A stretch of DNA of 64,000 nt from Candidatus Versatilivorator sp. (GTDB lineage Bacteria > Acidobacteriota > Terriglobia > Versatilivoradales > Versatilivoraceae). The stretch covers positions 352,001 through 416,000 of the forward strand of contig OZ242296.1 of assembly GCA_965207735.1 (NCBI GenBank), in the 5' to 3' direction. Of the stretch, positions 21,132-30,564 are shown piece by piece. Made by a program: the position numbers and the translations under genes. Position 1 is the stretch's first letter. Each line of letters begins with the position of its first letter. The notes below the pieces were generated by a model. The model did no database searches, had not been told where the DNA came from, and saw only the letters and a program-made list of their open reading frames with translations.

Positions 21132-21491
21132 ATGAAAGCACAGATTGGGTTGGCCTTTCTTGGCAGCTTGCTTCTAGTGGTCCTTTGCCGCCCTCACCAG
21201 GGTCAAACCGTGTCCCCGGTCCCCCCGAGTGTTCCCACCACTACCATCCCCGCGGGCCGCGGCGGGCTTTCCGCCGATCAGAGAGCCAAGATGAAGTCTC
21301 AGAGACTGCGGGCGGCCTTTCAGAAGCTGAAAAGCGACTCGGAAAGGCTTGCGGAAGGATCCGCGCAACTCCAGGAAATGATTCAGAATTCCAATCCTCA
21401 TACCTACTCGATAGGAATCTTCAAGAAGGCTGAGGACCTCGAGAAACTGGCCAGAAAAATCAAGAACCGGATCAAGCGGGGATTCCGCTGA
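21132..21491 (+). CDS. Hypothetical exported helical protein
   Basis: RBS AGGAG, signal peptide, KKAEDLEKLARKIK tail. Confidence 0.65.
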   Translation: MKAQIGLAFLGSLLLVVLCRPHQGQTVSPVPPSVPTTTIPAGRGGLSADQRAKMKSQRLRAAFQKLKSDSERLAEGSAQLQEMIQNSNPHTYSIGIFKKAEDLEKLARKIKNRIKRGFR

Positions 21492-21526
21492 ATTCTGGTG
21501 GCTCGGGAAAAGGTCCTCGCCCAGGC

Positions 21527-22630
21527 TCAACCGCCTTCGATTCGCCTGGCCTGGCGCCGGCGATGGCGCTCCAGGGCAAGCTGGATCAGCCGGTCGATCA
21601 GATCGGGATAGGCCAGCCCGCTGGCCTGCCACAGCTTGGGGTACATGCTGATCGAGGTGAATCCGGGGAGAGTGTTGACTTCATTGACAAAGATGTCTTC
21701 CGTGGTCCTTTCCAGAAAAAAGTCGACCCTGGCCATGCCCTGACACTCGAGCGCCTGGAAGGATCTGAGAGCCATTCGCTGGATATGCTCCACCTGGTCC
21801 GGCCGGAGCGGTGCGGGAACAACCAGTTCCGCGCTGTCGTCCAGATATTTCGCCTGATAGTCGTAGAATCCTGACCGTGGGATGATCTCACCCGGGAGGG
21901 ATGCTTGCGGATCGGCGTTCCCCAGGACGGAACACTCGATCTCTCTGGCGTCCAGCCCTTTCTCGACGATGACCTTTTCGTCGAACTCACCGGCCAGGGC
22001 CAGCGCTTCCGAGAGTCGCCCCGCTTCGTCCACCCTGCTGATTCCGATGGAAGAGCCCAGGTTGGCCGGCTTCACGAAGCAGGGGTAACCCAACCGGTCT
22101 GCCACTTCCTGCTCCAGGTCCCGACCCCGATTCCTCCAATGGTCCGATGGGTAGGCCAGGAAGGGGGCGGTCGGCAGTCCAGCATGTTGGAACAGCCGCT
22201 TCATCACGTCCTTGTCCATGGCCACGGCGGAACCCAGCACACCGGCGCCGACGTAGGGGACATTGGCCAGCTCGAGCAGTCCCTGGATAGTGCCGTCTTC
22301 TCCGAAGGGGCCGTGGAGCACCGGAAAGACCACGTCGACCGAAGCCTGCCGCCCGCCCCGGGAACCGGCGGCATCGAGCTGAATCAACTGGCCCGAGGGC
22401 GCCGACTCGGCAGACAGGAGGACAGGGGCTCCCTGCTGCAGGATTTTGGCGAACTCTCCCTCCAGAAATTCCGGATCGGCGCGCCAGCCGCCCTCCTTGG
22501 TAATTCCAACGGGGACGACGTCGTACTTGGACCGGTCGATGGCCGACCAAATCGACGCCGCTGACCGCAACGAGACTTCATGTTCTCCAGACTTGCCCCC
22601 GAACAGCACGGCCACGGTGATTTTTTCCAT
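21527..22630 (-). CDS. ddl: D-alanine--D-alanine ligase
   Basis: FGGKSGEHEVS, HGPFGEDG, KPANLGSS, NEVNTLPGFT. Confidence 0.97.
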   Translation of the reverse strand: MEKITVAVLFGGKSGEHEVSLRSAASIWSAIDRSKYDVVPVGITKEGGWRADPEFLEGEFAKILQQGAPVLLSAESAPSGQLIQLDAAGSRGGRQASVDVVFPVLHGPFGEDGTIQGLLELANVPYVGAGVLGSAVAMDKDVMKRLFQHAGLPTAPFLAYPSDHWRNRGRDLEQEVADRLGYPCFVKPANLGSSIGISRVDEAGRLSEALALAGEFDEKVIVEKGLDAREIECSVLGNADPQASLPGEIIPRSGFYDYQAKYLDDSAELVVPAPLRPDQVEHIQRMALRSFQALECQGMARVDFFLERTTEDIFVNEVNTLPGFTSISMYPKLWQASGLAYPDLIDRLIQLALERHRRRQARRIEGG

Positions 22631-22633
22631 TAG

Positions 22634-22810
22634 CTTACCTGAAACAACAGCAAAAAAGAGTTATCCACGAAGGCACACGAAGGACCACGAAGACACACGA
22701 AGAAAGACGGTGAGGAAACCGGAACCTGTCCCTGCCCCCGAAACGCCATCAATGTCCACGGCTTCACCCTCGAATGATCCGCCCCGTCGTGGGGCGGCGG
22801 GGGCTGAACT
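22634..22810 (-). mobile_element. Dispersed IS110-ended cassette (175 bp) with a partly different interior
   Basis: CT-TACCTGAAACAAC...TTCACCCTCGAATGATCCGCCCC-hairpin-CT, the same ends as the 55-59 kb units, followed by another CTTACCTGAAAC. Confidence 0.8.
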
Positions 22811-22819
22811 TACCTGAAA

Positions 22820-22856
22820 CTGACCACTCTCCACTCTTCACTCTCCACTATCCTCT
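22820..22856. repeat. Heptamer tandem repeat arm (CCACTCT)n
   Basis: ctgaccactctccactcttcactctccactatcctct. Confidence 0.75.
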
Positions 22857-24168
22857 ACGGCGTGAGCCGATAGATGGTCCGTGGGAAGGGAATCGCCTCG
22901 CGGACGTGCTCCAGCCCGCAAATCCAGGCCACCACCCGTTCGATGCCCATGCCAAAGCCCGAATGGGGAAAGTTGCCGTAACGGCGCAGGTCCAGATACC
23001 ACTCGAAGGCCTCGGCCGGTAGGCGGTGCTCCCGGATGCGTTGGCAGAGGAAGTCCAGGCTGGTGGCTCTCTGCCCGCCGCCGATGATCTCACCGTAGCC
23101 CTCCGGGGCCAGGACGTCAGCCGAAAGCGCCACTTCCGGACGAAGGGGGTCGGGCTCCATGTAAAAGGCCTTGGCCTGAGAAGGGTAGCGGTGAACCATC
23201 ACCGGACGGTCGAACTGCCGGGCCAGCAGCGTCTCGTCGGCTCCGCCCAGATCGCTGCCCCACTCGATGTCCGAGTCCTTGGATTTCAGGATGGACACGG
23301 CTTCGTCGTAGCTGAGGCGAGGGAACGGAGAAGCGATTTTCTTGAGTGGTTCCACGTCCCGGTCCAGGGTAGCCAATTGGGAGCTGCAGTTGCCCAGCAC
23401 CCGGGCGAGGATTTCCGATATCAGGTCTTCGGCCAGCACCAGGATGTCCTCCAGCGTGGCGTGGGCGACTTCGGGCTCCACCATCCAGAACTCGGTGAGG
23501 TGGCGCCGGGTCTTCGACTTCTCGGCTCGAAAGGTGGGGCCAAAAGAGTAGACCTTGCCGAACGCCGCTGCGGCTGCCTCGTTGTAGAGCTGCCCCGATT
23601 GGGTCAGATAGGCCTTTTCATCGAAGTAGGGGACCTCGAAAAGGGTGGTGGTGCCTTCGCAGGCCGCGGGGGTAAAGATCGGGGTGTCGACCAGGGTAAA
23701 ATCGCGGCCGTCGAAGAAATTTCGGGTGGCGGCAATCACTTCGTGCCGGACCTTGAGGATGGCGTGCTGTCGGGATGACCGCAGCCACAGGTGGCGCTGG
23801 TCCAGCAGAAACTCGATCCCATGTTCCTTGGGGCTGATGGGGAAAGGTCGCTCGGCCGGAACCCGCTGGATGGGCTTCAGATCGGTGACCTCCATCTCCA
23901 TACCCCCGGGAGCCCGCTTGCCTTGAGGGACTCTTCGGACCGTGCCCGTGACCTCGAGGGAGGACTCCTGGGTCAATTCCTTGGCCTGTTGGAACACATC
24001 GGGTGGAACCGCGTTCCTGAGGACAATCGACTGCATCAGCCCGGTCCCGTCCCGCAGAACCAGGAAGATGATCCTTCCGCTCGATCGATGGTGGTAGAGC
24101 CACCCTCGTATGGTCGCTTCTTTTCCCTCGTGATGGACTGCGTCCCGAATCGCGATCTCAGCCATCAC
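22855..24168 (-). CDS. asnS: Asparagine--tRNA ligase
   Basis: [40 protein letters not shown]. Confidence 0.96.
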   Translation of the reverse strand: MMAEIAIRDAVHHEGKEATIRGWLYHHRSSGRIIFLVLRDGTGLMQSIVLRNAVPPDVFQQAKELTQESSLEVTGTVRRVPQGKRAPGGMEMEVTDLKPIQRVPAERPFPISPKEHGIEFLLDQRHLWLRSSRQHAILKVRHEVIAATRNFFDGRDFTLVDTPIFTPAACEGTTTLFEVPYFDEKAYLTQSGQLYNEAAAAAFGKVYSFGPTFRAEKSKTRRHLTEFWMVEPEVAHATLEDILVLAEDLISEILARVLGNCSSQLATLDRDVEPLKKIASPFPRLSYDEAVSILKSKDSDIEWGSDLGGADETLLARQFDRPVMVHRYPSQAKAFYMEPDPLRPEVALSADVLAPEGYGEIIGGGQRATSLDFLCQRIREHRLPAEAFEWYLDLRRYGNFPHSGFGMGIERVVAWICGLEHVREAIPFPRTIYRLTP

Positions 24169-25019
24169 TCCTCCTTAGCCATCGTATCCCTCACCGCCTC
24201 CCAACAGTCCTCCAGGCGGCCGCAGGCCTCTCGAGCCGACTTCAACCCGAATTGGAAGTCAGTTCCTTGACCGCGAGACTCCAACAAGAGGCAGCCGTCG
24301 TAGCCGGAGTTCGCCAGGCCCTGCAGGATTTCCCGCCAGGGCGCCGTCCCGGAGAACGGGGGCAGGTGTTCATCCCGGTGCCCGTGGTTGTCATGGAGAT
24401 GGGTGGTGAGGATCCGTTCCCCGACAGCCGCGATCTGGCTCGACGGGTTGTCTTCCAGGTGCGCGTGTCCGGCGTCGAAGCAGATGCCGACGTCCGCCAG
24501 GCCGGCTTCCCGCAGGAACCGCCCCATCCTCTCCAGGGAAAGTTTGTTGGGAATATTCTCCAGTGTCAAGCGAACCCCGCGATCGCCGGCAAACGGGACC
24601 AGGATCTCCAGGCTCTGGTAGATGGCGTCCAGGTGCCGGGGGCGATATTCGTCCTCGAGAGCCCCCGCATGAATCACGGCCAGCGGAAAGGCAACCTTCT
24701 CGGCGAACTCCAATGCTCTGCGGGCCTCGTCTACCGCCTGGGTTCTGCGGTGGGGTTCGGTAGCGGCAATGGAGAGCGGGGTCAGGATTCTGTCCGGCCG
24801 GAATTCCAGGCAGTGGGGCAGGTGCAGGGAGTGGAGAAAGGACTCCTGATCCTGGAGCCAGGCAGCCAGCTCCCCCGCCAGTTGCCTGTCCCGATAATCG
24901 AAATGGGGCTTCAAGGCCAGGATCTCCACCCGCTGAAAGCCTTGCCGGCGCAGGGCCGCCAACCTGTCCAGGTCCAATCGATCCTCGATGAACAGGTTTG
25001 TCGATATGCCTGGCTGCAT
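24165..25019 (-). CDS. Sugar phosphate isomerase/epimerase (AP endonuclease 2 TIM barrel)
   Basis: [26 protein letters not shown]. Confidence 0.85.
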   Translation of the reverse strand: MQPGISTNLFIEDRLDLDRLAALRRQGFQRVEILALKPHFDYRDRQLAGELAAWLQDQESFLHSLHLPHCLEFRPDRILTPLSIAATEPHRRTQAVDEARRALEFAEKVAFPLAVIHAGALEDEYRPRHLDAIYQSLEILVPFAGDRGVRLTLENIPNKLSLERMGRFLREAGLADVGICFDAGHAHLEDNPSSQIAAVGERILTTHLHDNHGHRDEHLPPFSGTAPWREILQGLANSGYDGCLLLESRGQGTDFQFGLKSAREACGRLEDCWEAVRDTMAKEE

Positions 25020-25176
25020 GATGGTTCAAGGCTCGGAAGCGGATCGGGTGGCCGGCCGGCCGGAGGCGGGATCGAGAGGAGAGGGCCTGGCCGTCCTTGC
25101 TCTGATCGACCAGGGATACTATCATCATTCAAGCTGGTCCGATTCAGGATTGCGGCTTGGCGCCAGGGAGCAGGCT

Positions 25177-25467
25177 TTGAACGTAAACAAGAAGAGTCGT
25201 CGCAAGAATGCCCCGGGCAGGTCCCGCGACGGGATCTCTGAGGCGATACTTCGATCCCACCAGGTGGAAGATCAGACCCATGCGGAATCCCTCTACCTGA
25301 ACAATCTGGTTCGCGACAAGAGGCGAGTCGTGGTGAAGTTGCTCAATAACGAAGAAATCGAAGGCTGGATTGAGTACTACGACAAGCGCTTTATCCGCGT
25401 AACCCGCAACCGCGAAGCCAACATGTTCATCTACAAGCACCAGATCAAATATATCCAGGAACGCTGA
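25177..25467 (+). CDS. Hfq/Sm-like RNA chaperone (atypical)
   Basis: VVVKLLNNEEIEGWIEYYDK and MFIYKHQI (Hfq YKH motif); TTG start with GGAG RBS. Confidence 0.8.
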   Translation: MNVNKKSRRKNAPGRSRDGISEAILRSHQVEDQTHAESLYLNNLVRDKRRVVVKLLNNEEIEGWIEYYDKRFIRVTRNREANMFIYKHQIKYIQER

Positions 25468-25483
25468 TCCGTCTTGGATTGTT

Positions 25484-26970
25484 GAGCCTTTTGCAAAATT
25501 CGGAATCGGGCATGACATTGGGCTGGCAACAGTGATGTTCCGGCGGTGACTACCCAGCTGCAAAGACCCTTTTGAAGGAAAAAGCCCGAATCTGATGGCC
25601 GGATGGCCAGCGGTCGCCGGACGCAGGCACAGCTTACCCTCTCCCGGCCTTGAGGCGGGCGAACCTGCTGTGCGGTTGGGGGTGGCAACCCGGTCTTCAG
25701 AGCGTCAGGCGCATCAACTGATCCACCGTCAGGGCCAGAATGCCGAACATCAGGTGGCACCTCACCTTGTCGGGGCCGCGAACCCTCACCTGCCTCCCGC
25801 CAAACTCCTCCTTGAGCCGTCCGTTGACCCGCTCCACCGTCGAGCGTTCCCGGTAGCGCCGCGCCTCGGGAGTCACTTGGCCGATACAGCGCCGGGCCAG
25901 TGCCTCCCGCTTCCGCTCGGCTTTCAAGGTAGCTCTTCGGCGGGGGTTGACGTCAATAATCGGCACATGCCCCAGCTTCTCACTGAAGGCCCGGATCTCC
26001 GGCGCATCGTAGGCGCTGTCCATCAAGTCGTAGAGACTCTCGACCCGCCTTGCCGTCAGCGTCGCCAGCGGAATGGCTGCCTGAGAGTCATGCACCGAGG
26101 CCGAGGTCAGCAGACAACTGACCGGAATCCCGCCGTCAATGGCGTCGAGGTGTAGCTTGTAGCCGGTCCAGCTCTCCTGATGCCCCTTGGCGTTGCGCTT
26201 GACGCCGATGTCGCAGGCCTTGGGCAACTCCTTCAACATTTCCTCCAGCGTCATCGACCCCTGCCGCTCCAGCCGGCTCAACCGCTTGGGCCGTCGCTCG
26301 CCCTTCGGCGGCCGGCCCCGCCGGCGTTTCCGCTTGGCCTCCGGCGCAGCCTTGGCCGCTGGCTTTTCCCGTCCCGCAATCGCCGTCGAGTCCCTCGACA
26401 CATGCCCCGCCAAGTGGCCCTTCAGCGTCTCCTCCAGCAATGCCTCGTGCAAACGCCCCGGCAGGTCGCTCTCAGCGAATTCCGCAAAGGCCCGCGAGAA
26501 GGTCGACTCGCTCGGTACCTCCCACGCCCTCTCCCAGCCGCACAGCCGCCGCAGCCTCCCCTCACTCCTCAGCCGCTCCACCAATCCCCGCGTGGTCGCC
26601 ACCTCCAGCATCGACTTCGCCAGATAGGCTCGCGCCAGCACTGCCCGATCCTCCAGCGGCCGGCCACGCCAGCCCCGACTGTAAGGCAGCAACTCCTCCA
26701 CCCGCACCAACTCCAATACCTGCACCAGCCGCTGGTAACGCTCTCCCAGAGGCCCCAAAACTTCCTCCAGCAGGGGAAACAGCTCTCGTTGAAACCGGAA
26801 CCAGTGTCGTGATAGGGTTTCCCTAAGGGGCAAGTTCCACCTCCGTTCATCATGTGGTTCAGACACCTTCATGATACAACAGACAGTGGTCTTGCCCCTC
26901 CTTCCACCTGCCCTCCTTGATCTTTCCCCACGTGAAAATTCCCGCTATCTGCGAATTTTGCAAAAGGCTC
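25484..26970 (-). mobile_element. Complete IS (IS1182/IS5-like DDE), 1487 bp
   Basis: Perfect 18-bp TIR GAGCCTTTTGCAAAATTC / GAATTTTGCAAAAGGCTC; 4-bp target duplication TGTT (25480-25483, 26971-26974). Confidence 0.92.
25697..26872 (-). CDS. DDE transposase
   Basis: SRDSTAI, GYKLHL, MDSAYD, YRERSTVERVNGRLK. Confidence 0.93.
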   Translation of the reverse strand: MKVSEPHDERRWNLPLRETLSRHWFRFQRELFPLLEEVLGPLGERYQRLVQVLELVRVEELLPYSRGWRGRPLEDRAVLARAYLAKSMLEVATTRGLVERLRSEGRLRRLCGWERAWEVPSESTFSRAFAEFAESDLPGRLHEALLEETLKGHLAGHVSRDSTAIAGREKPAAKAAPEAKRKRRRGRPPKGERRPKRLSRLERQGSMTLEEMLKELPKACDIGVKRNAKGHQESWTGYKLHLDAIDGGIPVSCLLTSASVHDSQAAIPLATLTARRVESLYDLMDSAYDAPEIRAFSEKLGHVPIIDVNPRRRATLKAERKREALARRCIGQVTPEARRYRERSTVERVNGRLKEEFGGRQVRVRGPDKVRCHLMFGILALTVDQLMRLTL

Positions 26971-27072
26971 TGTTGATTGTCGATTTGTGATTGTTGATTT
27001 GGGGAGCCAGGACGACTGGTTTCGCCTCGAAACAAATCCAAAATCAAAAATCTACAATCCCAAATCCACAAT
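26971..27072. repeat. Heptamer inverted-arm element, (GATTGTT)n ... (AAAATCC)n, interrupted by the IS
   Basis: The left arm begins near 25474, before the IS, and continues at 26971-27000; right arm at 27034-27072. Confidence 0.7.
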
Positions 27073-27144
27073 AGACCTTCTGCAATTTGGTGGCCTCGGT
27101 GGATACCCCGCTGAGAAGTGAATGTCCCCGGCGAGCATTGCGGG

Positions 27145-27510
27145 TCAGGCCTTCAGGTCCGTCAATATCCGGGCCAGGCGGGCGGAGAAAGCCGAACGGG
27201 GCAGGACCCAGCTTGCGCCGGCTTGGCGGGCTTTCTCGGCGAGTTCGGTCTGAACGTGGGAGTAGTAGGCCAGAATGGGAATAGGGTCCCGGTCGAACGA
27301 GTCCTGGAGTTCCTGAATGGCCTGCACCGGCTCTGTCGTTCGCCCGTTGAGATCGATGATGATGAGCTTGACTTTCTCCGGGTCGGCGCCTCGGACCAGT
27401 TCCCGGGGCGTTTGCATGAGCCGGAGGGGGACGGAGCACAGGCGGGCCGTGGAGGCGATCTTGCTGGAAAAGAAAAGATCGTCTACCAGTGCCAGAACTT
27501 CATCGGGCAT
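27145..27510 (-). CDS. Stand-alone atypical receiver-domain protein
   Basis: LVDD, IIIDLN, YSHV, AGA..VLPR (canonical Lys absent). Confidence 0.75.
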   Translation of the reverse strand: MPDEVLALVDDLFFSSKIASTARLCSVPLRLMQTPRELVRGADPEKVKLIIIDLNGRTTEPVQAIQELQDSFDRDPIPILAYYSHVQTELAEKARQAGASWVLPRSAFSARLARILTDLKA

Positions 27511-27576
27511 GACAGCATCTCCAATTCTCGAGTTCAGCTTGTCTGAAACAAACCAAAAAATACAAAAGAAAAAGAG

Positions 27577-27814
27577 GAGCCTTTTGCAAATATCGCAATC
27601 GGGAATGACATTGAGGCGGCAAGGATGATGTGCTGCAGGCTCCAGCATTCACCACGATAAGCACAAGAGACAACAGAAACCACAAAAAGCACAAAAGGCA
27701 CAAAACGAGTTTCTTGATTTCGAGACTTGCCCGTCCGATGGTTCTTTTTGTGTTTTTGTGCCTTTTGTGGCCATTCCCGGCAAAGGTCCCGCTGATGAAT
27801 TTTGCAAAGGGCTC
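27577..27814. mobile_element. 238-bp MITE related to the 25484-26970 IS
   Basis: Ends GAGCCTTTTGCAAA and TTTGCAAAGGGCTC; first 60 bp or so align with the IS end; target duplication AGAG (27573-27576, 27815-27818). Confidence 0.85.
27679..27771. repeat. Nonamer inverted-arm element (CACAAAAAG)n inside the MITE
   Basis: ccacaaaaagcacaaaaggcacaaaa ... ttttgtgtttttgtgccttttgtgg. Confidence 0.8.
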
Positions 27815-27910
27815 AGAGGAAAAAGAGTTATCCACGAAGGGTCACTAAGAACGACGAAGGGCCACTAAGGCGTTGATGTTAATGATGGAGCCTTTTCGGC
27901 GGACTGCCGG

Positions 27911-28996
27911 TCAAGCGCTGTGCCGAAAATGAATGGTTTCGCCGTCCTGAACCGGATACTGCTTGCCCTCCAGCCGAAGTAATCCCCGCTGTCGGGCGGT
28001 CGCCAGGGATTTGACCTCCAACAGCACACTCGAGGGAATCACTTCAGCCCGAATAAAGCACCTCTCCAGGTCGGAGTGGATTGCGCCGGCCGCCTTGAGA
28101 GCCGGTGTGCCATTGGGGATGGTCCAGGCACGACATTCGTCCTCTCCCACGGTGAAGAAGGAAATCAGTCCCAGCAGCCGGTAGGTGGTCCGAATCGTCC
28201 GTTCCAGACCCGATTCGGCGAGCCCGTAGTCCGCCAGAAAGGCCTCCACCTCCTCGTCGGCCAACTCCGCCAACTCCGCTTCCAGCTTGCCGCAAACGGC
28301 TGTCAGGTCGGTGTTCGGCTGGTCGGTCAGCGTCTTGAGCCGGTAATACTCGGCCAGGCGCGGGATCCGCGCCGCAGCGCTGTCGGGGAGGTTGAGCACG
28401 TGGAGCACCGGCTTCTCCGATAGGAAGGCAAACCCCCGAAGGCGCTTTCTCTCCTCCCCGCTCAGCTCGAGAGACCGAAGGGGCTTTTCCTGCTCCAACC
28501 ACTGGCGGCATTTTCGAAGCAGCCCGTCTTCCCTCACCAGATCAGGATTCTTCATCTTCTTGAGATCCTTTTCCAGGCGTTCCAGCCGCCTTTCAATCAC
28601 GCCAAGGTCACTCAGGATGAGTTCCAGATCCAACTCGGCGATGTTCCGTTCGGGGTAGCCGGGGATTTCGCCCTGGGGCGAAGGCTCCTCGTCAAAGGCC
28701 CGAACCACGTGCACCAGCACATCCAGGTTGCGGAAGTCTGCTGTCCCCATCTCCGCGGTGGCGGTTCCCTCGCTAAAGGAGGGGACGTCCAGGTATTCAA
28801 TCACGGCCGGGGTCGTTTTTCTTGGCTGGAAAAGAGCTGCCAGACGGTCCAGGCGCGAATCGGGGACAGTCGCCACGCCGACCACCGATCCTCCACGCTT
28901 GCGGGATTGGGCCGCGGAACTGATGTCTGTCCTGGTCAGGATCTTGAAAAGGGTGGATTTGCCCGCTGAAGGGAACCCGATGATTCCGGCTTTCAC
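27911..28996 (-). CDS. ychF: Redox-regulated ribosome-binding ATPase YchF
   Basis: GFPSAGKSTLF, LISFFTVG..ECRAWTI, IHSDLERCFIRAEV; GTG start with GGAG RBS. Confidence 0.92.
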   Translation of the reverse strand: MKAGIIGFPSAGKSTLFKILTRTDISSAAQSRKRGGSVVGVATVPDSRLDRLAALFQPRKTTPAVIEYLDVPSFSEGTATAEMGTADFRNLDVLVHVVRAFDEEPSPQGEIPGYPERNIAELDLELILSDLGVIERRLERLEKDLKKMKNPDLVREDGLLRKCRQWLEQEKPLRSLELSGEERKRLRGFAFLSEKPVLHVLNLPDSAAARIPRLAEYYRLKTLTDQPNTDLTAVCGKLEAELAELADEEVEAFLADYGLAESGLERTIRTTYRLLGLISFFTVGEDECRAWTIPNGTPALKAAGAIHSDLERCFIRAEVIPSSVLLEVKSLATARQRGLLRLEGKQYPVQDGETIHFRHSA

Positions 28997-29063
28997 GATG
29001 AGACTCCCTGGTTCGCCCACCGGGCGCCGTCAGGGGAAGTGGATGGGGATGCCGGCTGTCCGA

Positions 29064-29837
29064 TCACACCAACCCCAGGGTCAATATCTTGACCAGAGTC
29101 CTGAGGAAGGATTTCCAGGCCGATTTTCGGGAGGGGCTGGCGGAGCCGTAGGCGGACGCACCCGGACCATTGCGCTCTCCGGGCGGCAGCGGTCCGGCGC
29201 AGGGGCAATCCCGGAAGTATTCAGGGGATGCAATCCGGCCGGGCGCAACTCTCATGCCGGGCCCGGGGGGCACGGTTAGCATTGTAGAGTTGTCCTGGCC
29301 GGTGATTTCCAGCAGGCCGCGGTCGGATCTCACGCAGATAGTCCCATCCGGCTCCAGGCCGATCTCGCCCCGGAAGGCATCGGGCTGAAGTTGTGATCCC
29401 GGATTCACCCTGATAAGAAAGTCGGGTGTCAGGAACAAATCTCCCTGGGAGCGGGGAAGATTGTAGGACACGCTGCCGCTGTGCAGGGTGAAGAGGAAGG
29501 GAGACCGCGGCTGCTGAACCGTCAAGTCGGTTTCCCGGCACAGACTGAGTTGTCCTCCCGCCAGAAGCTCGAGTTGGGCTTTACCGTTCTTGCTATGGAT
29601 CCGGGCGCCGTCGTAAACCATGGGAAACCGGGACCGTCCACCCCGGCCCCAGTCGACACGGCCGGTCAACTGGAGACTGCCCTTGGAGGTCACAAAACCC
29701 ACTGGGAATTTCCCCGCTTGGCCTGACTGGGTCGAAGGATGGCCCAGGCAAACCGTTGCAGCCGCGCACAGCAGGACCAGGCACACCCGGGGAAATCTCA
29801 GGGATTTGACCGAACCGGGAATCAAGTGGGAAATCAT
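29064..29837 (-). CDS. Hypothetical exported beta-rich protein (FecR-like?)
   Basis: Signal-like segment, then DGARIHS..AQLEL..GGQLSLC. Confidence 0.55.
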   Translation of the reverse strand: MISHLIPGSVKSLRFPRVCLVLLCAAATVCLGHPSTQSGQAGKFPVGFVTSKGSLQLTGRVDWGRGGRSRFPMVYDGARIHSKNGKAQLELLAGGQLSLCRETDLTVQQPRSPFLFTLHSGSVSYNLPRSQGDLFLTPDFLIRVNPGSQLQPDAFRGEIGLEPDGTICVRSDRGLLEITGQDNSTMLTVPPGPGMRVAPGRIASPEYFRDCPCAGPLPPGERNGPGASAYGSASPSRKSAWKSFLRTLVKILTLGLV

Positions 29838-29972
29838 GTCGGATTCTACCTTGCCTTGGCTATCGCCGCGAGGGAGGACTGGGATTCCAGCCCGCCGTTT
29901 CCCCTGGAAGCGTCGCCCCATTGCCTGCCAAAAGACTAGCAGAAAAAAGTTCGGCCCCGACAAATAAACTGC

Positions 29973-30048
29973 TTGACTCCGGCATCGGAACTCGTAGACT
30001 GGAGTGGAGTAGAGTGGACTAGAAAAGACTTTTGTGGTCTAGTGTGGA
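29973..30048 (+). promoter_or_regulatory. dcw promoter with MraZ operator boxes
   Basis: TTGACT-16-TAGACT, then GTGG boxes in 10-bp phase at 30004, 30014, 30034 and 30044. Confidence 0.75.
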
Positions 30049-30111
30049 TCCAAGACCCACAACGGGTCCCGATTTTGGTCCCGGTTCTCGGCTACTGCGG
30101 AGTTTCGTCCC

Positions 30112-30564
30112 ATGCTGCAACTCAGGGGAAGTCAGGCCACCAAGCTGGACGGGAAGGGCCGTATCAAGCTGCCCGTGGGCTTTCGCTCCGAAATCGAGCA
30201 GGAACATGGAAACGAATTCTTTGTCACCAGTCTCAAAGGAGACTGCATCCGGCTCTATCCATTCGCCGTTTGGGACGAGATTGAAAAGAACATTGGCTCT
30301 CTTCCCTCGAAACGGCCTGTGGTCAAGAAATTCCTGCGCGCCACCAACTATTACGGCCAAAAGGCCCTGATGGACAGCCAGGGTCGATTGATGCTGCCTC
30401 AGAAACTGCGAGAGTCGGCCCGGCTGGAAGATGAAGTCAGGGTGGTGGGGTCCATGGACTACCTGGAAATCTGGCGAGAGGACACTCTGAAGAACGCCGT
30501 CGAAAGCAATCCGTGGAGCGACAACGACGACGAGGAACTCTCGGAAATCGGGATCTCGGGATGA
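30112..30564 (+). CDS. mraZ: Transcriptional repressor MraZ
   Basis: LDGKGRIKLP and MDSQGRLMLP repeats, YLEIW. Confidence 0.95.
   Translation: MLQLRGSQATKLDGKGRIKLPVGFRSEIEQEHGNEFFVTSLKGDCIRLYPFAVWDEIEKNIGSLPSKRPVVKKFLRATNYYGQKALMDSQGRLMLPQKLRESARLEDEVRVVGSMDYLEIWREDTLKNAVESNPWSDNDDEELSEIGISG

Larger units (their letters stand above)
27538..27880 (-). repeat. Partial IS110-ended cassette interrupted by a MITE
   Basis: CTTGTCTGAAACAAACC..A-rich..[MITE]..TTATCCACGAAGGGTCACTAAGAACGACGAAGGGCCACTAAGGCGTTGA. Confidence 0.78.
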
